Below are positions 23,018 through 34,549 of a stretch of 64,000 nt of DNA, piece after piece. The translations under genes and the position numbers were made by a program. The DNA lies in NCBI GenBank assembly GCA_051313645.2, contig JBNRSN020000058.1, positions 806,001 through 870,000 on the forward strand. The letters are read 5' to 3'. How positions within the stretch are numbered: the first letter of the stretch is position 1; the number at the start of each line of letters is the position of its first letter. The notes beneath the pieces were generated by a model. That model did no database searches, had not been told where the DNA came from, and worked only from the letters and a program-made list of their open reading frames with translations. The stretch is from Centroscyllium fabricii. Taxonomy: Eukaryota.

Positions 23018-26000
23018 TACATATAAATTCTTCATGTGTCTTTATATAAAATGCATATGACCGTGTGCTGGAAGTAGGTTTTGTCATAATTTATTTTGTT
23101 GAAATTACTTCACAAATAAAAGCATCTGCTTAGATTCCAGCTAGGGCTGCAGTTAGGTGCTACAACTGGCCTCAATGCCCTTGGGCTAGGGCATTCCAGC
23201 TCCTGATTTCTATCCTGGATTCCTGTTGAAAAGAATCAAAGGAGCAAAACTCAGCTGTGATATCTCCCACTGTCAGATAGCCGGCTAATCCTTGCTGTGC
23301 ACATTTGCACATGGGTGACCACGTGGGCGAGGTACTGGATGGCAGTGGGACTGCACTGCAACAGAAGATAGCATCTTCAGAATGACTGGAACACAAATGG
23401 GGGCAAACCCTCCAAAGTAATGGTCTAGCTTTTTCTGACAGCATAGGAATTAGTTTCCACTGTTGCTAGTAAATAGATGATAAAAATAGCAGAGGAAATG
23501 TGCGTACCATGTAAGGTACCCAAAAAAGCCTGCAGTGAAAAGCTTTGAGGGTTGGTCTTCTTAAAAATGACGAGCTGATTTTGTAGTCCACAAGGAGAAG
23601 GCCAATCGGCAGATTAAATCGCTTTACATGGTCAATTGACTGAATAAACTGCACAGCGACTAGGCCACTCAAACACTTATTGCTGACTACCTGAGTCATT
23701 TGATGCCACCAAAATCAAGAACAGGATCTCAATGTCTTTGTTTGTTCAGACAACTAAGAAGCAGCTGAAGATTCAACAAATTTCTCTGCTTAGACTTGAT
23801 CATCTTTGTTACTTAGCTTTTTGTAGTTTCAGATGTGATGTAGAAATTTGGATAAAGATGCCATTCGGTCAATCTCACCTTTGCTGGTTCTCTGAAAGAG
23901 CTATCCACTTAGTCCTAATACCCTACCCTTTCTTCTTAGCATTTTATTAGAAGATAAGATGAAATTATTTTCTTAGACTAATATGGTTAAACCCTAATGT
24001 GCTTTGTTCTGATCACCCTGAATGTTACTTTAACAATAGGAGCAAGTTGCTCATCTTCCCACATATTGTACAGTACTGTGATTTTGTAATTTCAGTCGCA
24101 AGTTTTTTTTTTAAGTAAAACTATTTTAAAATGGTCTCAGGCAATCACCCCCCATTGTAGCTCAGTGGATAAATGGAGACTGCATGGTGCATCACTGTCC
24201 TTAGGTTAGGAATTGGAAAAATGAGGTTGGTCCCTAGCACAGCTCCTGATAATTATCCAGCAACCCTTAAAAGATGTTCAGGTGTGTGGGCACAGGAGAG
24301 AGTTTGGCTCAACTGTGATGATCCAAAAATCAAATAGCTAAACACTTGCTGTCCACTCTGGCCACTAGGGTGCAATATCAGAGAGTACCACCTAGAGTTC
24401 TTTCTTTTATTTTATTCGATCCGGGATGTGGGCATTGCTGGCAAGGCCAGCATTTATTGCCCATCCCCAATTGCCCTCGAGGTGGTGTTGGTGAGCCGCC
24501 TTCTTGAACTGCTGCAGTCAGTGTAGTAAAGGTACTCCCACAGTGCTGTCAGGGAGGGAGTTCCAGGATTTTGACACAGCGACGATGAAGGATTGGCGAT
24601 ATATTTTCAAGTCAGGATGGTGTGTGACTTGGAGGAGAACTTAGAGGTGGTGATGGACCGAATGGTTGACCAGTATCATTTGCAGGTCACATTCCTGTAT
24701 TTGGACAATGTCACGATCTGCGGCCATGACCAGCAAGATCATGATGCCAATTTGGACAGGTTTCTCCGTACGGCCCAGCGTCTGAACCTCATTTACAATG
24801 AGGATAAGTGCGTTTTCAACAATAACCAGTTGGCTATCCTCGGCTACGTGGATGAGAACGGGGTCCTTGGCCCCGATCCCGAACGTATGCGCCCCCTTCA
24901 GGAGTTGCCCCTTCTGCACTCCCCCAAAGCTTTGAGGAGATGCCTGGGGTTTTTCTCTTACTATGCACAATGGGTTCCCCATTATGCTGATAAGGCCCGG
25001 CCTCTCCTCGGGGCTACCTCCTTCCCGCTCCCGTTAGAGGCCCAAATTGCTTTTTCTCATATCAAGCAAGACATCATCAAGGCTACCATGCACGCCATTG
25101 ATGAGTCACTCCCCTTCCAGGTCGAAAGCGATGCCTCCGACTTCGCCCTGGCCGCCACCCTTAACCAGGCAGGCAGGCCCGTCACTTTCTTCTCCCGTAC
25201 CCTGCAGGGCCCTGAAGTCCGTCACTCTTCAGTGGAAAAGGAGGCCCAAGCAATCGTGGAAGCAGTGCGCCACTGGCGCCACTATTTGGCCGGTAAATGT
25301 TTTATCCTTCTTACTGACCAACGGTCAGTAGCGTTTATGTTCCACCATAAACAGAGGGGTAAAATCAAGAATGACAAGATCCTCAGGTGGCGGATCGAAC
25401 TCTCCGCTTTTGAGTACGATATTCTGTACCGGCCAGGGAAGCTTAACGATCCCCCGGACGCCCTGTCTCGAGGAACATCTGCCAGCACCCAGTCGGGTAG
25501 TCTGAACACCCTCCACGCTAATCTCTGCCACCCGGCTCGCTCACTTCGTCAAATCACGCAATCTCCCTTATTCCATTGCGGAGATCAAGGCGATGACGCA
25601 GGAGTGCCCTGTCTGTGCTGAGTGCAAGCCCCAGTTTTACAGGCCTGACAGAGCGCACCTCATCAAGGCCACCCGCCCATTCGAGCGCCTGAGTGTGGAC
25701 TTCAAAGGTCCCCTCCCCTCTACCAACCGTAACTCGTACATTCTCACTGTGGTCGACGAGTTCTCCCGTTTCCCTTTTGCATTCCCATGCCCAGATATGA
25801 CGAGTGCAACAGTGGTAAAGCATTTTATCACGCTATTCGCCATTTTCGGCCTTCCCGGCTTCATACACAGCGACCGGGGGGTCCTCATTTATGAGTGACG
25901 AGCTGCGTCATTTTCTGCTCGCGCGGGGGGGTTGCCTCAAGCAGAACGACCAGTTACAATCCCCGGGGGAACGGTCAGGTAGAACGTTATAATGGGACCA

Positions 26001-26034
26001 TCTGGAAGGCCATCACCCTGGCCCTTCGATCCAA

Positions 26035-26489
26035 TTCAATTCAATTCAAGTTTTATTGTCATTGCAGAGTACTAGTACAATACAACGAGACAAAGCTCGA
26101 CGCTCCAGAGAGTAGTGCAAATAAATTACATGCAAATTGCATACAGTGAAGTACATTTTCAGGTGTGCAGGTACCGGAGTTTATTTTTTAGAGTTCAGGA
26201 GGCTGACAGCCCTGGGGAAGAAGCTGTTCTTAAATCTAGTCGTGCGGGTGCAAAATGATCTGTCGCGTCTCCCGGAGGGCAGGGGGCCGAACAGACTGTG
26301 GCTGGGGTGTGTGGGGTCTTTAATAATGTTCAGAGACCTCCGTAGGCAGCGTTTGAGGTAGATGCTTTCAATTGACGGTAGCTGGGTACCGGTGATTCGT
26401 TGGGCAGTTTTGACTACCCGCTGCAGGGTCTTCCGGTCCGAGATGGTGCAATTTCCATACCAAACTGTGATGCAATTTCCATACCAGAC
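26035..26489 (-). mobile_element. Rex1/Babar LINE 3' fragment inserted in the Gypsy integrase
   Basis: Close match to 15795-16220. tccaa is duplicated at 26030-26034 and 26490-26494. Short tandem duplication (tgcaatttccatacca) at the 5' truncation point and an (aattc)n tail. Confidence 0.9.
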
Positions 26490-27200
26490 TCCAAAGGCCT
26501 TGCAACCTCCCATTGGAAGGACGTCCTCCAGGATGCGCTCCACGCTACCTGCTCCCTCTTGTGCACAGCCACCGGTTGCACACCTCACGAGAAACTCTTC
26601 TCTTTCCCTAGGAAATCGAATTCGGGGACGTCTCTGCCAACGTGGCTTACCAACCCGGGGCCGGTTTTGCTTAGAAGGCATGTCCGTGGACACAAGACTG
26701 ACCCTCTTGTCGAACGTGCGCGCCTGCTGCATGCCAACCCTCAGTATGCCTACGTGGCGTACCCAGATGGGCGTGAGGATACCGTCTCGATCAGAGACCT
26801 TGCACCCGCTGGAGACGTTCACTCTGAGTTGTTGGCGGAGCCCTTGCCCTCCCAGGTCACATTTTCACAACAGGGGCCGTCTTTTCATTCACCTGCGCAC
26901 ACTACATCGGCCCTCGTCCCTTCCAATGCACGACGGAGCTCATCATGTTGCTCAGCCTACTCTTCCGGCGGCTGCTGCACTCCACCAGCTCTTCTTGTGC
27001 CTGAGATACCTCTTCCACCAGTGGAGTCTCTGTTCACGTCGGGAGCCCCGTCAGCGTCTTGCCCGATTACGACTACTCCAGCTTCTTCGCCATAACCGAT
27101 ACTGCCTCGCCGATCTGTTCGGACTGTTAAACCTCCACAGAGACTTACAACACAGTGCTGATATTCGCCCCGCGGGACTTGTTTTTAAGGAAGGGGTGAA

Positions 27201-27468
27201 TGTGATGAACCTTTTTGGTGTGGTTCACACTGTACGGTTATTGTATATAGTTTCGTTTAATGTGTTTGTTATATATCTGTTAATATCTTTACCTTTCTGT
27301 AAGGACCTGTACCGGCTGACCCCGCCTCTGGGTACTAGTATAAAAGGAGAATGCTCCGCCCACTTATCTCTCATTCCAGGCAGGCTCATCGGGGACACGG
27401 TTCAGTTCCTTGTTAATAAAAGCCACTTATTTAAGAACTCGCTGCCGTCTTTGATTTGAGGCATCTCA
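27201..27468 (+). repeat. Gypsy 3' LTR (268 bp)
   Basis: TG...CA ends (tgtgatg...catctca) directly after the PPT, TATA-like tataaaa near 27339, aataaa near 27415. Confidence 0.85.
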
Positions 27469-28804
27469 GTGTTCCCATGCACCTTCTGCCCTTGTCCTTC
27501 TAGGTGGAAGAGGTTGCGGGTTTGGGAGGTGCTGTCGAAGAAGCCTTGGCGAATTGCTGCAGTGCATCTTGTAGATGGCACACACTGCAGCCAGTGAGTT
27601 GGTGGTGGAGGGAGTGAATGATTAAGGTGGTGGATGGGGTGCCAATCAAACGGGTTGCTTTTCCCTGTATCTCAGTATGTAATAACCCTCAGGATCAGAA
27701 ACGCAAGAGGATAAATCAGATGATGTCAGAGCAATCTTGGATATAGAATATTTCTAATGGCTTACCAGTTTGCCACTTTCCATTCATGTACATGACATAT
27801 TCTGATGATTACCAATCTCAACAACACAAACACAGAAACAGACAGTTGCACCATAGTAGAATGAACTGTTTGGAAGTGAATTGTAAATAAGATTGCACCA
27901 TGGGTTTGCACATTTCTTGATTAGGGTTAGAAGGCAGCATGTTTTAAAAGATTAAAAATGCACTGCACAGTACATGTGATATTGTAGGCAACTCCTGTGC
28001 TCAAGAAGCTTTTATATGCTAGGAGACACAACTAAGCCTTAAAAGCATCAGTAGTCGAGACAGAAAAACGGTGTTATGCTGGGATGGGATGAACATTGTT
28101 CCGCCCACTGTAGAAAGCACAGCACTTACAGACTGCAGATGCCAGAAGAAGCAATAATGATAAATAGTCCTACTATAAAGACCACACCAACTATACAAGA
28201 GCTCATCACATGCTTACATTACCGAAATATCAATTATCACTGCAAGCACACTTAAAACAACAATTGTTTGCTCCAATAGTTAAAGAAGGCCACAATTTTA
28301 TGTTATCAGCAGTTCCAAAACAGTGCAATTAATGTTTACCGTTATATATACAGTAAACCATACAAACATTAAAAGGGGTAAGAGTGGCTGGATTTGTACT
28401 GAATTAATTAATGATTGCTGTATTTACATGGTATGTTTGAGAAACTGGTAACGAAAGGTCATCCTACTAGAAACAAATAAAGAGCCTGCCGACATTCACT
28501 AGGCTCATCGGATGGAAAATGGCAATTTTGATGTAGGTGGCTGACACATCTGCAAACGTACCCCAGCATGACTTAGGGCAGAGCGAAGAAGGGAGGGGAG
28601 AGGAGCTGGAAATACACAGGTCTGTCAACATTTGTAAAAAGATGGGCAGAAAGATGTAAAATATGTATTTTTTAATGTTAACCTATCTTTTCTCTTTTCA
28701 ATGCCGACAGATCTGTTATGTATTTTCAGCACTTGCAGTTTCTTTTATTTCTCAGGTTACAGTTTATTAAGGGGAAAGAAAAGTCCAGTGGTTCAGTGCA
28801 ATCT

Positions 28805-29225
28805 TTGGGCTTATACTCACTGGAGTTTAGAAGAATGAGAAGGGATCTCATTGAAACTTATAACATTCTAACAGGACTGGACAGACTAGATGCAGGAAGG
28901 ATGTTCCTGAGGGTGGGGGAGTCCAGAACCAGGGGTCACAGTCCAAGGATAAGGGGTAAGCCATTTTAGGACAGAGATGAGGAGGAATTTCTTCACCCAG
29001 AGAGTGGTGAACCTGTGGAATTCTCTATCACAGAAGGCAGTAGAGGCCAATTCATTAAATATATTCAAGAAGGATTTAGATATATTTCTTAAGGCTAAAG
29101 GGATCAAGTGAGAAGGCAGGTACGAGGTACTGAGTTTGGATGATCAGCCATGATCTCATTGAATGGCGGAGCAGGCTCGAGGGGCCAAATGGCCTACTCC
29201 TGCTCCTATCTTCTATGTTTCTATG
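28805..29225 (+). mobile_element. CR1 LINE 3' end
   Basis: LGLYSLEFRRMRRDLIETYNILTGLD...RTRGHS, followed by a CR1 3' UTR and a ctatgtttctatg tail. Confidence 0.9.
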
Positions 29226-29573
29226 TAATTTCTTTGCACAGAATTCTTTCACTGCAGAGAAAGCAACTCCATTTACTTTTAATGTAATGAACATTATTCT
29301 AAAGATGAAGGGTTAACACGCCAACCAATTTTACTTCAGTTATGTGACAGAACTCTTGTGTCATCATCAGGCAATGTCGGACATTAAGGGGAACTGCAGA
29401 ATCAGCTAGAAAACAGCAGGAGGCAGAGCTGAAAGTGACAGAAAAATTCCAAAAAATGAGTGGGGAGAGCAGGACAACAGTGGAAAGATTGTAAGAAACA
29501 CTATGAAAGAAGTGTGAAAGGAGTTAAAAATTTGTTTGTTTAAAAAAATGAGATAACCAGAATTATTCACTAT

Positions 29574-30328
29574 GGGCTAGAAATTGTGGTCAGAGGCGTA
29601 CCTCCGGAGTACGCCTCTGACCCGCAAAAGAATTACGGAAGTAACTGCCGGCACCCAGGCTGCAAAATCTTGCGGTCTGAGGCTGCGAGGCAGAGGGTCG
29701 CGTAATGGCCCACGGATCCCAGGGACGCAGGTGGTGCGGAAGTGTACCTGGGATCCGTGGGCCTGGTTCTCCAATCAATAAGCAGAATTTATTTTAACCA
29801 TTTACGAAGGGAATCCCCGAATAAGATGCAATGAAATCGCAAAATCTAATAATTATACAATTTACAGAAATTGAATTTTATTTGTAATTGCCTTCATTCC
29901 ACCTACCTCACTAAAAATTTAATGTTTTGGTAATTTTATACAGTAAAACTGTAATCTGGGTCAATATTTGCATAAACTAATTTCATAGAGTGTATATGCA
30001 TAATTTAGGGTATGAAAATGTTTAATTAATGGTTTAGCTATCCCCTTACGCTGATGCATACAGGCCCTGAGCCTGCTTGCACCAACCGTAAGACGTCAGT
30101 GTGCAATCACTGGCCAGTCGGTGGGCAAATAGCCCAACTCTGCACCAGCAATTGCTTTTACATGGCCCCCGCAGATGGCCTGTCAGTGCGTACGTTGACA
30201 AGCCGCTAGTTCCGGATTTCACGCATGTGCAAGTACATGCGGAAATCCCAAGCATGTAATGGATTTCAAAGGGAACACGACAGCGTACTCTGAGGGTACA
30301 CCATCATACACACCGCAATTTTAGGGCC
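29574..30328. mobile_element. Harbinger-type MITE
   Basis: Ends gggctagaaattgtggt ... accgcaattttagggcc, flanks tat/aat. Architecture resembles 53326-54049. Confidence 0.65.
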
Positions 30329-31157
30329 AATGTATTGACAGACTAATGAGAAGATAATTGACAGAGAGGTGTGAAAATGCTATCAAACTCAGGTCACTCA
30401 AGCATCCGGGATTGCCAAAATTATCAAATGATTCCAGGACATCCAGTTTTTCAGGACTTTCAAGAAATCTTTCTCATCAGTACACTTGAGGCAGCATTTT
30501 CACAAGTTCGGACTAGACTAGTTAGATAGAGAAGTCCTATAATTAAGTCCTTCAGCCAAAATGCATTCTAATAAATCATGTCCAACATGGATTATTTAAT
30601 AAAAAATCACATCTGCAATTACGTGGACTTTAAGCTATGGGACTGGTGTTAACCATGATTTGTTAGGAAAGAAATAATCTCTGCAATTCATAACCACAAG
30701 TGTATTTTTTATATACGTTAATAAACTATTTCAAGAAAACTTAGACCATTTTGAATGACAAAATTTCTTTTTGCCTTGTGCTGCTCCACTAGTTTGTCCT
30801 ATGAGAGTAGAGAGGTCCTTCTCTGGGACATTCTCTGACATATGGCAACGCTATTAAAGAGTCCATCTAAAACACCTGCTCTGTGATATGTTCTTGAACA
30901 CAATGTTAAGCCCCATTCACACAGTAACTTAATTACTGAAGTAAAAACCAAATTTAAAATTCTGACAATCAGGGTATTGCAACTATCTGGGAGCGATGTT
31001 AACCCTTTAAAGGTGTTATGTCACTTTGTTGATTTTTACTCAAGTCCATGGTAATATTTCTGTTTTGTTTTACCAATTTCCTGCAGTAATTGTAGTAAAT
31101 GGCCCACGATGTTAATAGTTTAAACAGTGATGAAATATTTGCATTTGTGGTGAAATG

Positions 31158-32025
31158 CAGGTTGCGCACCGGAAATCCGGCACGGGTGGGACCAGGCCCG
31201 TGCCGGGAAAGTGAAAAAACCGGCAGAATGAAGTCGGTCAGTGCGCATGCGCGCACCATGCAAAATGGCCGAGCGCATACGCACAACATTGAAAGTGGCC
31301 ACCGAACGATGCAGGAAAAGTCCACAACTAGTCGTCCTCTGAAAGTGCACGGCACCCAATTTAAAAAGCGCCAGCCAGGTTTCTGGATGCCCATTGCCCC
31401 GAGAGAGCCGGGACCCCGGGAGCCGGGGGTGCAGAGGGGAGGCTGGCTTTGGGAGTTCACAGCAAAGGAGTAATTGATGTTGAGGGGGGCTGAGTGGGGC
31501 CATGTGTATGTGTGGATTGGTGCAGGGGGAGGGGGTGGGAGGGGAGCTATTTCTAGAGTGAGTGCTCACTGGATGTGTTAGTACTGCCGACACACGAGCC
31601 GGAGCTGTTCACTCACTCTGCCAGCCGCTCATCCACTGACTCCAGCAGCAGCAAAGCCGGGTAAGGAACTCCGCTCAACATTCCCATTCCCGGCTCCCGC
31701 ACAGGGCCAGCCTGCTCACCGGGAACCGTGCGCTTCCAGTTGTTTTATTTTCGCCCTGACGCCACGGAAGGCCCGGCGGCCGTTTTGAATGATCTGCGCA
31801 AGTGCTAGCCGTCCGGCGTCGCATGCGCAGATCATTCAAAACACCCGGCAGTCGTTTTGAATGATCTGCGCATGCGCTCGCCGTTCGGCGGCGCATGCGC
31901 AGATCATTCGTTGAAGCCGCGATCGCGGCTGCCATCTTGCGCATGCGCAGTGCAGTCGGGACAATTTGTTCCGGCAGACTGAAGCTGCCGGCGTTTCGGG
32001 TCACGGATATTCGGTGCACAACCTG
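31158..32025. mobile_element. pogo/Tigger-like MITE with GCGCATGCGC-rich body
   Basis: TIRs caggttgcgcaccggaaatccggcac ... cacggatattcggtgcacaacctg|TA. Confidence 0.75.
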
Positions 32026-33474
32026 TATATGTATTACTTTCACTCTGTGAAAGCAGAAATAATACAGGATATTGAATTGATATGGTAGGTAGGGTGCTAC
32101 CACATACCGCCACACAGTGATGGGATACAGAGCATTTGACTCCCTAAATGCCAAGTTTCAATCTTGAAAGGACATATTGGTGTATAAATTTGTCTTGGGT
32201 TGTAGCACAATGACGTCAATCGACAGAGTGTAAATCACTCATTTTGCGCTATCACCCAAGACACATTTATGCCCCCATGATCTGAAGCTGGCCACCTCCC
32301 ACAAGAGGGAAAAGGAACAAAATGGTGGCCGAGTCATCCCGGGTCACTCTTGCACTTCTCTCTTTGTTGTTTGAAAAAGACCAGCATTGGCAGAAGCCAT
32401 ACTTCTAGTTTTTCTTTTAACTTAGGAATGGCACGTGGCCTTGGAGACATATAGAGTGAGAAAACAAAATATGTGAGGAAGCTTTCAGATGATGAAAGGT
32501 ACCTGCTAATTACTCCATAACAACATCCTTCAGCTGCATGTAATTTTCTCTGTAAAGTGCTCACAGTTGTCTTTCTGTGAAGTTTAGCTCTTCAACTCAA
32601 ACACCAGTTACACTCCTATACAAATTGGACTCATTTATCAGGGATCAGGTTGGAAGAATGCATTTAACCTAGGGCTGTCCTCGGTGCAATATAATAGGAA
32701 CTCTTGTACAGTTTGGGAGAAAGGAGTTAGGTTGATGATGCTCCTTTACATTAGCCACACAAATATATGTAATAATTCACAGCCATCCAAATAGATATGC
32801 CAGGGAATAACTAATAAACACACGCTGAGGGGAAAAAAATTCATTCCGCTACGGGCTTTTCCAGCCTCTGGATCCTGTGCAACATGCACATATTCCATGT
32901 TCTCTATGCTAGCTTCAACTGATTACAGTGGTCATTTATGGACCATGTGGGAAATTAGGGAACTTTGAGAGCCTCTCAGCGTCATTAAAAGAATTCATTA
33001 TGCATGCAAGAACCATCTGTAGGGTGCAAGGGTCTACTCAGATGGCACGAGATTGTCTCAAAATAGAGATCTGTAATTCCATTTTATATTGTTTGATTTT
33101 CATAAGGAATTTTCTTTCTACATTTCACAGAATGTAAAAGAATTATATTTAGAGCTTAGCTACACAGCCAAGCAGCTTCTGAAAAACAGCGCAATGTTCA
33201 AAAAAAATTAAATTTTACATTATTAGCCTACTTTCAGCACGTAGACACAATCTGCTTATCAGCAGAGCATGACGGATTAGTCAAATCGAGACAACTGTTG
33301 AGAAGTTAAAAAAAAAATGAAACCAGTTATTTATAACAATTTTGTAAACTGCACTTTTCAAATTCACAGCTGCTGTGATCGCAGACTGTGCATGTTCCAG
33401 ACTCATTTCAGAAGAGACTAAGTAGGAGGTACAGAGCATTTGCCAGAACTGGAAAAAATTAAATCTTTGTTTAC

Positions 33475-33570
33475 TGCCCAACCAGATGGCAGCAAGTTCA
33501 AATCCCAAGGCGGCTTGTTGTGAAAATAGGTGAGTTTGTTCAGTTCTTTGTCTGCCCGCTAGATGGAGCA
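33475..33570 (+). promoter_or_regulatory. Two same-orientation CTCF-like motifs
   Basis: caaccagatggcag near 33479 and ccgctagatggagc near 33556 are close matches to CCASYAGRKGGCRS and lie in a tract with no recognised repeat. Motif match only. Confidence 0.35.
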
Positions 33571-34357
33571 GTGCACAAAAGTGCACACTGGGGGGGGAGG
33601 GGGGATTAGAGTTTATAATTTCCTCTAATTACAGATATAAAATAATACAAAAGCTCATCCTATCTATCTGACTTCAGAGCAGTCAGTCAAAGAGTACGAC
33701 ACTGGGCGAGGAGCTTGGGCTGCTGTCAGACTGATGCTCCAATGTCAATCAGGGCCCGCGGTCAATTATATAAAACTAAACAAAGAAAAGTTCATATTAC
33801 TTTATCTCAGTAATTACACTGAATGAGAAGAGATACGTTCTTTTTAAATTGAAGGTTATTGTGCAAAGTACTTTAAAATTAATAAAGAAAGTTATGGCCT
33901 TGGCGCTTTCACAATAAGCCATAAGGTTTCCAGTTGAAATTATTCTAGATTCAATGAAACAATCCCTTAAATGGCTTTCTAAAGCAGTTACTCATCATGT
34001 AATGGGACAGGTATGTGTTCCACAGCTGCTTTTCTCATTTCTAAATGCACGAAAACCCTTGTGCCTAATTCCTAGAGCTGGGTTATACTATTCTCAGACG
34101 GGATTTCCTACATTTGAAGAAAACACATGCATGAGCTTCATCAGAACTATCTCAGATCAATCAAAGAAAAACAAGAAAGGGACTATGATTGTCTAAGTAG
34201 AAATACAGGTAAATATACAGAGAACATCAATATGCAGGTCACCAGGAACTGCTTTGTAGCAGCAGCCAATATAGTTTTGTCCAAAGATATTTACAGAGTA
34301 GGAAAGAGAAAAGCAAAGGGGAATGCTTCATAGTGGAGTGCTGCTAGCATAAATCTT

Positions 34358-34549
34358 TAATGTGGAGGTGCCGGTGTTGGACTGGGGTGGACAAATGCAA
34401 GAAGTCACACAACACCAGATTATAGTCCAACGGTTTTATTTTAAATCACAAGCTTTCGGAGCGCTGCTCCTTCGACGAAGGAGCAGCGCTCCGAAAGCTT
34501 GTGATTTAAAATAAAACCGTTGGACTATAAATCTGGTGTTGTGTGACTT
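34358..34549. mobile_element. Palindromic miniature Penelope-like insertion with 14-bp TSD
   Basis: ctagcataaatctt at 34344-34357 and 34550-34563. Inverted arms of about 75 bp (34400-34474 and 34476-34551, one indel) are made of the same pseudo-LTR end as 13500-13581. Confidence 0.85.

Larger units (their letters stand above)
24651..27468 (+). mobile_element. 5'-truncated Ty3/Gypsy LTR retrotransposon (partial RT, RNase H, integrase, PPT, 3' LTR)
   Basis: ORFs 24593-25621, 25593-25898 and 26400-27095 give MDRMVDQ...YLDNVTICG, ESDASD, HHCC and DFKGP...HSDRG motifs with frameshifts. PPT aaggaaggggtgaa at 27187-27200. Clearly homologous to the element at 59518. Confidence 0.92.
24398..27665 (-). 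mobile_element. CR1-like LINE 3' end (24398-24650 and 27469-27665) split by a Gypsy insertion
   Basis: ...ggagaacttagaggtggtg [insert] gtgttcccatgcaccttctgcccttgtccttctagg... rejoin as one LINE 3' region. Its tail is shared with the SINE at 15148-15619. Confidence 0.75.

Noticed and set aside
24593-24650. N-terminus of the 342-aa ORF as part of Pol
   Set aside because: The first 19 or so codons come from the antisense host LINE. Gypsy similarity starts only at MDRMVDQ.
26362-27459. 365-aa ORF
   Set aside because: Chimeric off-frame reading across antisense Rex1, the Gypsy integrase tail and the LTR, with no coherent domain.
28600-28750. Degenerate inverted Penelope-like pseudo-LTR remnants
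   Set aside because: Faint similarity to 38540-38640 and 39150-39205, but too decayed to define ends, TSD or ribozyme.
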